NCBI GenBank assembly: GCA_045535665.1
Contig: JAZSMD010000003.1
Coordinates: 8,306-72,305 of the forward strand
Direction of reading: 5' to 3'
DNA from: Eubacteriales bacterium
GTDB taxonomy: Bacteria; Bacillota; Clostridia; Oscillospirales; UBA644
Length of the DNA stretch: 64,000 bases
Shown: one piece after another, positions 49,259 to 58,728 of the stretch
How the letters are laid out: each line of letters opens with the position of its first letter
Numbering within the stretch: the first letter of the stretch is position 1
Position numbers and translations under genes: made by a program
Notes under the pieces: generated by a model
Told to the model about the DNA's origin: nothing
The model's database searches: none
Seen by the model: the letters and a program-made list of their open reading frames with translations, nothing else

Positions 49259-49423
49259 TCAGATATGTTTAAATTCATAAAGAACTCTCATACACTTAGC
49301 GTCCTCTTCAAGAGAGATCCGGAAGGGGTTGCCATCGTGAAGCTTTTCATAGAAGTCTGAAATAAGAAGAGTATGAGCATTGCCCCAATAAACCTTTTCT
49401 CAGGTTTCAGCAGCTTCGTTCAT
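49259..49423 (-). pseudogene. Decayed duplicate of the last 54 codons of the Gfo/Idh/MocA oxidoreductase
   Basis: Translates MNEAAET*EKVYWGNAHTLLISDFYEKLHDGNPFRISLEEDAKCMRVLYEFKHI*; 43 of 54 positions identical to 51019-51183; in-frame TGA at 49400-49402. Confidence 0.92.
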
Positions 49424-49465
49424 AACGACTTCTGCCATTTCGACCTAAATACAGACGCCTAACCT

Positions 49466-50983
49466 TTATGATTCATCATCAGCAATTTTGTGGACTACGG
49501 AATTTGTAAAGCAAGCCTCTCCTCTTTCAACAAAAAGCCCTATTTTTCCGTGGCGACGTTCCGTGATATAGTGCACCGTCAGTACATTGTCCACATAAAC
49601 CTCGATGGTATTACCTACAACAAGCACCTTCAGATTATAGCTGTCTTTTTCAAAGTCAAACCTTCTTGCATTGATTTTCGGATAATTTCTTGCGCTTGTA
49701 AGCCAGACCTCGTTTTTCAAATAATCAAGAAGAACTACACGGTTCAAGTTATACAGCGCGTCTGCGATGACATCGAAGATCACTCCTGCACTGATGGCGT
49801 TCTTACGCTGTACGGTAGTTTCGATAACAAAGTTTTTAGCCTTTACGTCAAATATCTTTACCGCTACGTCGGATTTAGCCTTGACGGAGACTTTACCGTC
49901 TTCAAAGTGCCAATCATTCAACGAACCCCATTTGCCTGAATTATACGTATTTTCTTTACACAGAGGCACATCTTCCGTATAGAGGGATTCGATTCCCGAA
50001 AACCACTTCACACGTAGTTTGCCGTTTTCATCCACATCAATCTCTTTGGGGTAGGACATTGCATTTTCAATATTTCTGCCTTCACGCCACAGAGACTGTG
50101 TATAAAATATATACCTTTTCCCATTATGCAGTACGGTTTTGGCACAAGCTCCACTCATGTACATGGAACCTATGGCTACGTTATCCTCAAAGCACTCGGT
50201 ATACGGACCTTCAGGTCTGTCCGCCATAGCATACAAAGTAATATTTCCGAAAAGATTAGGGTCATACGTGGGATTTCTTTGCCCATACTGATTTCCCGTA
50301 AGGCACAGCATATACCATTTATCTCCGATTTTAAACACATCCGGCGTTTCAACGCAATCGTATTTATCGGGACAGAAACACGGCGGCAACTGTTCCCAAT
50401 GCAACAGATCGTATGATCTGGCAAGTCCTATACAACAAGTATTGCTACACTCATTCGCAGGTTTTCTTGCGGCGAAAAATCCCCACCAAAGCCCCTTCTC
50501 CTCGTCCCTTACAACGCAAAGGTCTCTGCATTCCGCATTGTTTTTAATAGGACGGTCTTCTATGGTAAGTATCGTTTTTATATCATCCTGACAATAAAAC
50601 CGCTTATCGGGAACTATAATAGGATTGTTTTCATATTTCACCCAATTAACGCAATCATCGGAAACAGCCACACTTATGGTGTTACCCAGATGATCTGTAT
50701 CCCGTCTTGATGAATAATAGAGATAATACTTCCCGTTGTGTTCAACGGCACAGCCCGACCACAGATCAAGAGCATCATAACAGCCTTTCTCTCCGCGTTT
50801 CAAAGCAGGAGACAGTTCTTCCCAATGCAAAAGGTCATCACTTACAGCATGGCCGATTGCGCCGCTTTCATCGTCAGCAAAATAATCATTACTTATTCCC
50901 TGCAGATAAAAGCTGTGTATCTTTTTCCCATCGGAAACTTGCCACGTATCTCCAATATTATATTTTTCAGGTTTATAACTCAC
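49466..50983 (-). CDS. Glycoside hydrolase family 32-like (clan J) enzyme
   Basis: GD.W (nucleophile region), GHAVSDDLLHW, WSGCAV, CRD, ETPDVF; C-terminal beta-sandwich (IEVYVD); no signal peptide. Confidence 0.85.
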   Translation of the reverse strand: MSYKPEKYNIGDTWQVSDGKKIHSFYLQGISNDYFADDESGAIGHAVSDDLLHWEELSPALKRGEKGCYDALDLWSGCAVEHNGKYYLYYSSRRDTDHLGNTISVAVSDDCVNWVKYENNPIIVPDKRFYCQDDIKTILTIEDRPIKNNAECRDLCVVRDEEKGLWWGFFAARKPANECSNTCCIGLARSYDLLHWEQLPPCFCPDKYDCVETPDVFKIGDKWYMLCLTGNQYGQRNPTYDPNLFGNITLYAMADRPEGPYTECFEDNVAIGSMYMSGACAKTVLHNGKRYIFYTQSLWREGRNIENAMSYPKEIDVDENGKLRVKWFSGIESLYTEDVPLCKENTYNSGKWGSLNDWHFEDGKVSVKAKSDVAVKIFDVKAKNFVIETTVQRKNAISAGVIFDVIADALYNLNRVVLLDYLKNEVWLTSARNYPKINARRFDFEKDSYNLKVLVVGNTIEVYVDNVLTVHYITERRHGKIGLFVERGEACFTNSVVHKIADDES

Positions 50984-51018
50984 ACCGATTCACCCCCTTC
51001 GATATTCATTTTTCATTA

Positions 51019-51999
51019 TTATATATGTTTAACTTCGTGCAACACTCTCATGCACTTCGCACCTTCTTCGAGGCTGATCCAGAAGGGTTTGCCGTCATGG
51101 AGTTTTTCATAGAAATCTGAAATAAGAAGAGTATGTGCGTTACCCCAATAAGCCTTTTCACCGGTTGCAACGGTCTCATTTTCAAAAGTTTCAACAGTAC
51201 CGTCTTCATGAGCTACTTTAAGAGTCTCGCAAAGAGTAAATACAGCCTTTTCAGTAACAACTTCCAAAAAAATGGGAGAATCCTTGACATAACCGACAGT
51301 CGCATAGAATATACCTCTTGCACCGTTTGCAAAGTCTATCATAATTTCTGCAGTATCTTCAGTATCATTGATATGCTTGAATCTGTGATTCAATGCAGTA
51401 CCTTCAACCTTTTCGATATCACCCAAAACCCATTGCATAAGGTCAAGAGTATGTATGGACTGATTGATAAGAACGCCGCCGCCTTCAGTCGCCATCTGTC
51501 CTCTCCAGCCGCTTTCAGTGTAGTATGCATCTCCTCTGCACCAGGTAACAAAAGCTCTTGCCCCAAGAATTTTTCCGTACTTGCCGGAAGATACATACTC
51601 CTTAAGCACCTGAGAAGTTTTATTGTATCTGTTCTGGAAACAAATACTGATTTTTGCAGAACTGTCCTTTGCGATTTCGCAAAGTTCAAGTGCCTGCGGA
51701 TAAGTCATGGTTGAGGGTTTTTCCAAAACTACGTTGATATTTCTTTTGAGACACTCTGCAGACATTTCAAAATGAAGATAATGGGGAGTGCAGACATGAA
51801 CAACTGTAGGTTTGACCTCATCAAGCATCTTAACATAATCGGTATAAGCCTTGCATCCAAACTTTTCAGCAGCCGAATTTGCCCTTTCGGGTTTGATATC
51901 GCAAACTGCCGCAAGCTCGGTTTTTCCTGCAAGTGCTTCAATGGCTTCCAAATGTTTGGAAGAAATTGCACCGCAGCCGATAACACATGATTTTTCCAT
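51019..51999 (-). CDS. Gfo/Idh/MocA family oxidoreductase
   Basis: VIGCGAI, VCTPHYLH, EKP, FQNRYN, GGGVLINQSIHTLD. Confidence 0.93.
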   Translation of the reverse strand: MEKSCVIGCGAISSKHLEAIEALAGKTELAAVCDIKPERANSAAEKFGCKAYTDYVKMLDEVKPTVVHVCTPHYLHFEMSAECLKRNINVVLEKPSTMTYPQALELCEIAKDSSAKISICFQNRYNKTSQVLKEYVSSGKYGKILGARAFVTWCRGDAYYTESGWRGQMATEGGGVLINQSIHTLDLMQWVLGDIEKVEGTALNHRFKHINDTEDTAEIMIDFANGARGIFYATVGYVKDSPIFLEVVTEKAVFTLCETLKVAHEDGTVETFENETVATGEKAYWGNAHTLLISDFYEKLHDGKPFWISLEEGAKCMRVLHEVKHI

Positions 52000-52012
52000 A
52001 TTGATAACCTCC

Positions 52013-53041
52013 TTATTGGATTATTTTTATATTTACATATCTTACACCTTTCGGCAAAGATAAAGTTTCAACAGTTTTGGTTTTAATTCCGTACTTCTTT
52101 TCAATATACAGTATATTTCTTCGTTTTTGACCGTTCATTTTGGAAATACAGCCTTTTTCAACCTCGAAAAGAGCTGTTTTGCCGCTGACTTCTGCCGAAA
52201 GTTGTTTTTCAGCTTCTTTCAAATAAAGGCGTGAGATAACCATTTCCCCCAAAGCAGGATGAAAACCTCCGCCGAGAACAGAGTCGTCTCGAACAAGGTC
52301 GGAAGAATGAAGGCCTATACGAAGGATCTTTATATTTCTTTCAATAAAAATCTCAGCCATTTCAGCCGCACGAAAAACCGCCTCATCAACAGTTAAGGGC
52401 TCATACTCTCCCCTATCTGCCATTTCCGCAAGACAGGTATCTTTCACAACGACGCAAGGGTATATCCGCACAGCATCGGGGTAAAGGTCAGCAGCGGATT
52501 TGGCTGTAAAAAGAGTTTTTTCTCTTGAATCTCCCGGAAGTCCCGTCATAAGCTGTAAAACGAGAGAAAAGCCGTATTCTTTTATGAGATTTGATGCATT
52601 TTCAATATCTTTTGCAGTATGTCCCCGTCGGGAAAGCTCCAGAACATCATCACAAAAGCTCTGCGCACCCAATTCTATTGCAGTAACGCCGTATTCTTTT
52701 AATATATCCAGAATCTCACGGGTTATATAATCGGGACGTGTAGAAAGTCGAATTCCTTGTATTTTCGGATTTTCCGCAATCACTCGTTTTGCGGCACCGA
52801 GATATCTGCGAATTTCAAACTCACCGATACCAGTAAAACTTCCTCCGAAAAACGCAATTTCAGCAGAAGTAAACTTTTCATCAAGTTCTGCCGCCGCTTT
52901 TGAAAGAAAACCGTAAACATCACTCATCACTTCCGCAGTTCCGGAAATACGCCTTTGATTACAAAAAACACAATCATTTGGACAAGCAAGATGCGGCACG
53001 AAAACAGGGATATTGGCATGAAGCTCAGCTTTTGCCATCAA
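52013..53041 (-). CDS. Radical SAM protein (Elp3-like, conserved downstream of rnc)
   Basis: CPNDCVFC, FFGGSFT, STRPD, IELGAQS, LRIGL, HPA.GE. Confidence 0.9.
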   Translation of the reverse strand: MMAKAELHANIPVFVPHLACPNDCVFCNQRRISGTAEVMSDVYGFLSKAAAELDEKFTSAEIAFFGGSFTGIGEFEIRRYLGAAKRVIAENPKIQGIRLSTRPDYITREILDILKEYGVTAIELGAQSFCDDVLELSRRGHTAKDIENASNLIKEYGFSLVLQLMTGLPGDSREKTLFTAKSAADLYPDAVRIYPCVVVKDTCLAEMADRGEYEPLTVDEAVFRAAEMAEIFIERNIKILRIGLHSSDLVRDDSVLGGGFHPALGEMVISRLYLKEAEKQLSAEVSGKTALFEVEKGCISKMNGQKRRNILYIEKKYGIKTKTVETLSLPKGVRYVNIKIIQ

Positions 53042-53754
53042 ACTTCAACTCCCATAGCCTTGAGAGTTTCCCTAGCAGCAGCCTGCTCTGCAGCTTTTTT
53101 TGATGAACCTTCAGCAGTTGCCATAACATTGGAATTTATTTTGACACTGCAGATAAATACTTTATCATGAGCAGGTCCTTCCTCACCTATTATTTCATAA
53201 GAGAGCTTATCACCTTTATTTTTCTGCACGATCTCTTGAAGCAATGTTTTATAATCGCGGAATCCTGCGGCAGAAGTCCTCATGGAATTAAGCTTTTCCT
53301 TGATAAAAGGTAATATAAATTTTTTCGCCTTAAGTAACCCTCCGTCAAGATAAATAGCACCCAAAACAGCCTCAACCGCATCGGAAAGAGTTGAAGCCCT
53401 TATTTTTCCACCTTGTGCTTCACCTTTACCGAAAAGGAGAAACTCACCAAGAGAAAGCTCTTTTGCAATCTCATAAAGAGACTCTTCGCAAACAAGAGCC
53501 GCCCTTATTTTTGTGAGACTTCCCTCATCCTCACTTACGGTCATATAAAGAAGTTCTCCTGTAATAAGAGAAAGGACAGAGTCCCCAAGGAATTCAAGAC
53601 GTTCGTTTGACACAGCAATACCCTTATGCTCATTCTGAAAAGAAGAATGGGTTATGGCATCAAACGCAAGTTGTCGATCCTCAAAACGGTAATCTATTTT
53701 TTCTTCAAGGAGCGTAATTTTGCGTTCCGCTTCATTAAGAACGCTTTCCATCAT
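53038..53754 (-). CDS. rnc: Ribonuclease III
   Basis: NERLEFLGDSVL signature; dsRBD DYKTLLQE...SKKAAEQ. Confidence 0.98.
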   Translation of the reverse strand: MMESVLNEAERKITLLEEKIDYRFEDRQLAFDAITHSSFQNEHKGIAVSNERLEFLGDSVLSLITGELLYMTVSEDEGSLTKIRAALVCEESLYEIAKELSLGEFLLFGKGEAQGGKIRASTLSDAVEAVLGAIYLDGGLLKAKKFILPFIKEKLNSMRTSAAGFRDYKTLLQEIVQKNKGDKLSYEIIGEEGPAHDKVFICSVKINSNVMATAEGSSKKAAEQAAARETLKAMGVEV

Positions 53755-53776
53755 TACAAAATCATTCCTTTCCTAT

Positions 53777-54010
53777 TCAACAATTTTTGATGTACTTGCA
53801 AAGATCTCCTACCGTGGAGATCTTTTTCATTTCTTCCTCATCGGGAAGAATATCAAATTCCTCTTCGATAATCATGGAAATTTCCACGATATCGAATTCA
53901 TCCGCACCTAAATCTTCAAAAAGATCCGTTTCGGGTGTAATATCTGAAGCGGGAACATCGAAAATTTCCTCAAGCAACTGAGTTGTTTTAAAAAGTATTT
54001 CAAGATCCAT
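53777..54010 (-). CDS. acpP: Acyl carrier protein homolog lacking the phosphopantetheine-accepting serine
   Basis: Acidic 77 aa protein with DLGAD..D.VE....IEEEFDI...I.TVGD, located between plsX and rnc; reads GADEFD instead of GADSLD. Confidence 0.85.
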   Translation of the reverse strand: MDLEILFKTTQLLEEIFDVPASDITPETDLFEDLGADEFDIVEISMIIEEEFDILPDEEEMKKISTVGDLCKYIKNC

Positions 54011-54027
54011 ATATAAAACCGCCTTTA

Positions 54028-55017
54028 TCAGTCATTCGCGATAGATTTTTCAATATCCTCGATAATTGTACTCTTTGCAAAAGTTACAGCCTGACGGATC
54101 GCACCGAAGAACGCTCTTTGATCACTGCTTCCGTGAGCTTTTACTACGGGCTTGGAAATACCGAGAAGTACCGCACCGCCAACTTCCTTGTAGTCAACCT
54201 TTTTCTTCATTATGCCGACCTCTTTACTTGCAAGAAGATATGCAAGTTTTGTACGCAAATTTGTTTTAAATACATCCTTAACAGCTCCAAATACCATAAG
54301 AGCCGCACCTTCTGTACATTTGAGGATGAAGTTACCCGTAAATCCGTCGCAAACAAGAACATCACACTTGTTGTACATAACATCTCTACCCTCTATATTT
54401 CCGACAAAATTGATCTTCTTATCTTCTTTAAGAAGCTTATGTGCCTCAACGTACATTGGAATACCCTTGGATTCTTCAGCTCCGTTGTTTGCAAGACCTA
54501 CTCTGGGATTTTCAACGCCAAACATCCCCTTGATGTAAACGGATCCCATACGTGCAAAAAGGTCAAGCATTTCGGGGGTACACTCAATATTTGCACCGCT
54601 GTCTGCAAGGATAAATTTACCGTGTACAGAGCAGATAGTAGGAGCAAAGGCCGCACGTCTCACGCCTTTTATGCAACGGACAAAAAGAGTGGAGCCAACG
54701 AGAAGGGCACCTGAGTTTCCTGCACTTACAAAGGCATCTCCCCCACCGTCACGGAGAAGATACAACCCCTTTGCCATTGAAGAGTCTTTTTTATGGCGTA
54801 CGGAAATTGGTTCGTCATCCATAAGAATCTCTTCCTGAGCGTCAACTATTTCAATTCTGTTTTTGGAGAGCTTCTGAGAAGCAAAAACCTCTTCGATCTT
54901 ATCCTGTTTACCGACAATAACTATATCTGTGTCAAGTTGTTCAACAGCCTGAACGCAGGCTTTTACGATTTCAAGCGGTGCGTTGTCGCCACCCATGCCG
55001 TCTACGATAATTCTCAT
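54028..55017 (-). CDS. plsX: Phosphate acyltransferase
   Basis: [37 protein letters not shown]. Confidence 0.97.
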   Translation of the reverse strand: MRIIVDGMGGDNAPLEIVKACVQAVEQLDTDIVIVGKQDKIEEVFASQKLSKNRIEIVDAQEEILMDDEPISVRHKKDSSMAKGLYLLRDGGGDAFVSAGNSGALLVGSTLFVRCIKGVRRAAFAPTICSVHGKFILADSGANIECTPEMLDLFARMGSVYIKGMFGVENPRVGLANNGAEESKGIPMYVEAHKLLKEDKKINFVGNIEGRDVMYNKCDVLVCDGFTGNFILKCTEGAALMVFGAVKDVFKTNLRTKLAYLLASKEVGIMKKKVDYKEVGGAVLLGISKPVVKAHGSSDQRAFFGAIRQAVTFAKSTIIEDIEKSIAND

Positions 55018-56363
55018 ATTTCATTCTCCTCTGTTATAACAGTTATTTCTTTTTTAATAAGTTCGGGAAAATCTCTTTTTAATGTTTCAATAGCTCTGAC
55101 CGAATGAAGAAGCTTTCTGTCTGCCTTTTTCACTTTACGCTTACCCTTGGGGACTTCAATAGGTGGGAACAGACCAAAATTCACGTTCATCGGTTGAAAA
55201 TCCGTTGTCAACGGGTTAGAAATATAAGAAGCAAGAGCTCCGATTGCTGTAGTATTGGGGAATATAATGGGGGTTTCAAGGTCAGGAATCGCATTCAAAG
55301 CTGCAACAAAACCCGATGAGCAACTTTCTATATAACCCTCAACACCTGTCATCTGACCTGCAAAAAAGAGACCTTTTCTTGATTTCGTTTCGTATGTCGG
55401 CAAAAGTTTTCCGGGGGAATCTATGTAAGTATTTCTGTGCATAACACCGTAACGGACAAATTCCGCATTTTCAAGACCGGGAATCATTTTAAAAACACGT
55501 CGCTGTTCGGGGAAAGTCAAATGAGTCTGGAATCCTACCATATTGTAGATGGAAGCTGCCGCATTATCCTGACGAAGCTGAACCACAGCATGAGGTGTCT
55601 TACCTGTTTTGGGATCTTCAAGTCCTACTGGCTTCAGCGGACCGAAAAGAAGAGTTTCTTTACCGCGCTTTGCCATGACCTCAACAGGCATACAGCCCTC
55701 AAAAACATTGTTTTCAAAATCTTTTATCTGAACTTCTTCCGCTGAAATAAGAGCCTCATAAAATCTGTTATATTCTTCTTCGGACATAGGACAGTTTATA
55801 TAATCGGCAGTTCCTTTTCCGTAACGGTTAGCAAAATAAGCCTTCGTCATATCAATGGAAGATGCATCAATAAGAGGTGCTGCTGCATCGAAAAAATGAA
55901 GCCCGTCCATGCCAAAAAACTTACGGATCTCCTCAGCCAAAGCGTCGGAAGTAAGAGGTCCGCTGGCAATTATTGTATTATCATCAAAATCAAGAGATGT
56001 TATCTCCTTTGCAACGATCTCGATATTAGGATGAGAACGAAGACCATCTGTAACGGCTTTTGAAAAACGTTCCCTGTCAACAGCAAGAGCACCACCCGCA
56101 GGAACTCGTGTATCGTCAGCACAACGCATGACAAAAGAGCCCATCATGCGTAATTCTTCTTTAAGAAGTCCTATTGCATTGGAAAAGCCCTCTGCTCGGA
56201 AAGAGTTTGAGCAACACAGTTCACAGAAATCGTCTGAACTGTGGGCTGGAATTCGTTTTTGCGGTTTCATTTCATAAAGAGTTACCTTTACGCCTCTTTC
56301 AGCCAACTGATATGCAGCCTCACTGCCCGCAAGACCTGCACCTACAACATTTACATGTTTCAA
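55014..56363 (-). CDS. trmFO: Folate/FAD-dependent tRNA (U54) methyltransferase
   Basis: [52 protein letters not shown]. Confidence 0.97.
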   Translation of the reverse strand: MKHVNVVGAGLAGSEAAYQLAERGVKVTLYEMKPQKRIPAHSSDDFCELCCSNSFRAEGFSNAIGLLKEELRMMGSFVMRCADDTRVPAGGALAVDRERFSKAVTDGLRSHPNIEIVAKEITSLDFDDNTIIASGPLTSDALAEEIRKFFGMDGLHFFDAAAPLIDASSIDMTKAYFANRYGKGTADYINCPMSEEEYNRFYEALISAEEVQIKDFENNVFEGCMPVEVMAKRGKETLLFGPLKPVGLEDPKTGKTPHAVVQLRQDNAAASIYNMVGFQTHLTFPEQRRVFKMIPGLENAEFVRYGVMHRNTYIDSPGKLLPTYETKSRKGLFFAGQMTGVEGYIESCSSGFVAALNAIPDLETPIIFPNTTAIGALASYISNPLTTDFQPMNVNFGLFPPIEVPKGKRKVKKADRKLLHSVRAIETLKRDFPELIKKEITVITEENEI

Positions 56364-56389
56364 AATTTATACCTCATTAGTCATTATTA

Positions 56390-56423
56390 GGTTTTCCCCG
56401 TACCCCTTTCAAAAAAGCGAATT
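56390..56423. repeat. REP-like element, half copy 6 (right arm plus tail only)
   Basis: GGTTTTCCCCGTACCCCTTTCAAAAAAGCGAATT versus copy 1 AGTTTTCCCACACTCTTTCAAAAAAGCAAATT. Confidence 0.7.
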
Positions 56424-56526
56424 TGGGGGGATTTAATATTATTTTTATTAAGTATTCTTAAAAGGAAGATTTTATATATAAAATCGATTCCAATGCTTTA
56501 CAAATTTATTTTTATGAAATAAAGTC

Positions 56527-57939
56527 TCAATTCCACCATATTTCGGGAAGAAGAATAAACTCATAAATTATACCTACAGGATTTTCGACTCCGTCTATCA
56601 CATTATGAATATATCCGATATAATACATATTTCCATGACGGAATATAAATTCGGGTTCCCCGGTCACCTGAGGGATATATGCCCTTTCGACATAAACGTT
56701 TTCATAATCATGAATCATTATGTAATTCTGAAAATCGCAATTCTTAAAGGGAATTCCGGAATTTCGCAACCAACCCATATCCCAACGGACATCAAAAATA
56801 TAATCCCCTTCAATATACAAAGACTGAGGCGTGCCGTCAGAGTCTCCATATGGCATTTCTTTAATAAGATTAAAATCCTTATCAAAAATATAGTTTTTCC
56901 AATCAGCTTCAACTATAAATCTTTCATTGGCATCATCATATTCCAAACCCCAACAATCTACAGGGATTGAACCGAAGCCCAAAACTTCCATAGTTGCAGC
57001 ATCGATATATGAAAAGCTGCGAATCTTTTCATCGTCACAATGGGCTGCTATAAGTAAGTTTTCATCTTCGATATAGGAAATATCATTTACATGATATACA
57101 ACAATAGGTTCAGAAACTTCCTCAAGCTCCCATTCAGGCAAGGAATATTTAAAAAGCTTTCCAAACTCATCATAACCGTCTGTACCAACATAAGCAAATT
57201 CACCATCTGTACCGCCACCTTGCATTCCTTCCGTATAATCAAGGTATTCCTTTGAAGTTGGCAATGTTGCAACACTTTCAGTTACAGCAAAATAAGGATT
57301 CTTATCTTTTCCGATAAATACTGTGGGATCGGGGAACACATACTCATCATCAGGAAGGATTTTTGTACCCACATCTATAGCATAAGTTTCAGACTCTTCA
57401 ATTTCATTCAAAAGATTGTCTATTGCCCAATAAAGAGCCCATTCATCGGAAGCATTGATATGAAGTCCCGACTCATCAACATACATAGAGTATATACTTA
57501 CATTACCGCAAAACTTATCCCATTCCGACTCAGATTCAAGAACAAAAGGTAAAAGACCGTTATATTTTTCAGTCAGATACTCGACATATAAACTGTTGTC
57601 ATAATCGACTGAAAGGTATACTGTAAAATCAGTAAAGGTAGAAAGAACTCTTTGATCCCCTGTCGTCTGAATGCTATTTCCCGTACGGTAAGTTTGGATA
57701 GGAAGACCGGTCAGAAGAACTGTCGTATGAACGCTGTTTTCTGTAATATCCGAAAGACGTTCCGCAAAAACCTCAGCAAACTCTTTTACAAGGCCATTTG
57801 AGTCTTCCGAATACGCAATATGAACTGTCTGTCTCTCATCTCCGCCTTTTACGACGAAGCTTTTTGGCTTTTCAGCAGAAGCTCCAATTAAAGAAACTAA
57901 AATGAAAAGTACAATACTTAATACACAAAGCTTTCTCAT
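56527..57939 (-). CDS. Hypothetical secreted acidic protein, probable C-terminal beta-propeller
   Basis: Signal peptide MRKLCVLSIVLFILVSLIGASA; MQGGGTDG, H.NDISY, PQSL and EPE blade-like motifs; ATG 57939 after GAAAGGAAAG. Confidence 0.7.
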   Translation of the reverse strand: MRKLCVLSIVLFILVSLIGASAEKPKSFVVKGGDERQTVHIAYSEDSNGLVKEFAEVFAERLSDITENSVHTTVLLTGLPIQTYRTGNSIQTTGDQRVLSTFTDFTVYLSVDYDNSLYVEYLTEKYNGLLPFVLESESEWDKFCGNVSIYSMYVDESGLHINASDEWALYWAIDNLLNEIEESETYAIDVGTKILPDDEYVFPDPTVFIGKDKNPYFAVTESVATLPTSKEYLDYTEGMQGGGTDGEFAYVGTDGYDEFGKLFKYSLPEWELEEVSEPIVVYHVNDISYIEDENLLIAAHCDDEKIRSFSYIDAATMEVLGFGSIPVDCWGLEYDDANERFIVEADWKNYIFDKDFNLIKEMPYGDSDGTPQSLYIEGDYIFDVRWDMGWLRNSGIPFKNCDFQNYIMIHDYENVYVERAYIPQVTGEPEFIFRHGNMYYIGYIHNVIDGVENPVGIIYEFILLPEIWWN

Positions 57940-57959
57940 ATCTATCTTTCCTTTCAAAT

Positions 57960-58712
57960 TTATTGCCATCCTCCGTCAACACCGAGGACTTGTCCCGTTA
58001 CATACGACGGAGAGTTTGCAAAAAACCAAACCGTTTCAGCGACCTCAACAGGTGCACCGAATCTTCCTGCGGGAATCTCATCACACAGAGCCTTCACATC
58101 GGAAGCACTGAGATGTGAATTCATTTCCGTAGCTATAGCTCCCGGAGCAACGCAGTTTACCTGAATATTTGATGGGGCAAGTTCCTGAGCAAGAGCTTTT
58201 GTCAGTCCGATAAGTCCTGCTTTTGAAGCACTGTATGCTACCTCGCAGGATGCACCTTTGACACCCCAAACAGAAGAAATATTAATAATTTTACCTTTTT
58301 TGTTATGAATCATGCCACCAACAACTTCTTTTGAGCAAAGAAATGCTGATTTCAGATTCACATTCATTATCTTATCCCACTCAGATTCGGTAGTCTCATC
58401 AAAAAGCTTGACGAGAGAAATACCTGCGTTATTTACAAGGACATCAATTGTCCCAAATCTTAAAGAAACAGACTTGATCAAAGCAGATATCTCATCTGAA
58501 GACGAAAGATCTGCCTTGAATATTTCTGCGGACAAACCGCACGAAATAAGCTCTTCACGAATATCGTTCGCAGTTTTTTCATTCGAATTATAATGTATTG
58601 CAGTGTTGTATCCCCTTGCAGCGAAAAGTCGTGCAATTGCAGATCCTATTCCGCCCGAAGCTCCCGTTATGAGAACTGTAGGGACTTTTTTTTCGTTAAA
58701 AATATTTTCCAT
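57960..58712 (-). CDS. SDR oxidoreductase, FabG / YmfI (EF-P 5-aminopentanone reductase)-like
   Basis: TGASGGIG, NNAG, ISSVWG..GASCEVAYSASK, VAPG.I.T.MN. Confidence 0.88.
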   Translation of the reverse strand: MENIFNEKKVPTVLITGASGGIGSAIARLFAARGYNTAIHYNSNEKTANDIREELISCGLSAEIFKADLSSSDEISALIKSVSLRFGTIDVLVNNAGISLVKLFDETTESEWDKIMNVNLKSAFLCSKEVVGGMIHNKKGKIINISSVWGVKGASCEVAYSASKAGLIGLTKALAQELAPSNIQVNCVAPGAIATEMNSHLSASDVKALCDEIPAGRFGAPVEVAETVWFFANSPSYVTGQVLGVDGGWQ

Positions 58713-58728
58713 AACAAAATTTCAGTTA

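Noticed and set aside
49400-49402. In-frame TGA in the duplicated fragment as selenocysteine or readthrough
   Set aside because: It aligns to Gly, the fragment lacks the enzyme body, and it carries other disruptive changes (W to R, G to D).
8989-56423. Palindromic repeats as a CRISPR array or IS ends
   Set aside because: Copies are kilobases apart with no spacer periodicity, and there are no cas genes or transposase in the window.
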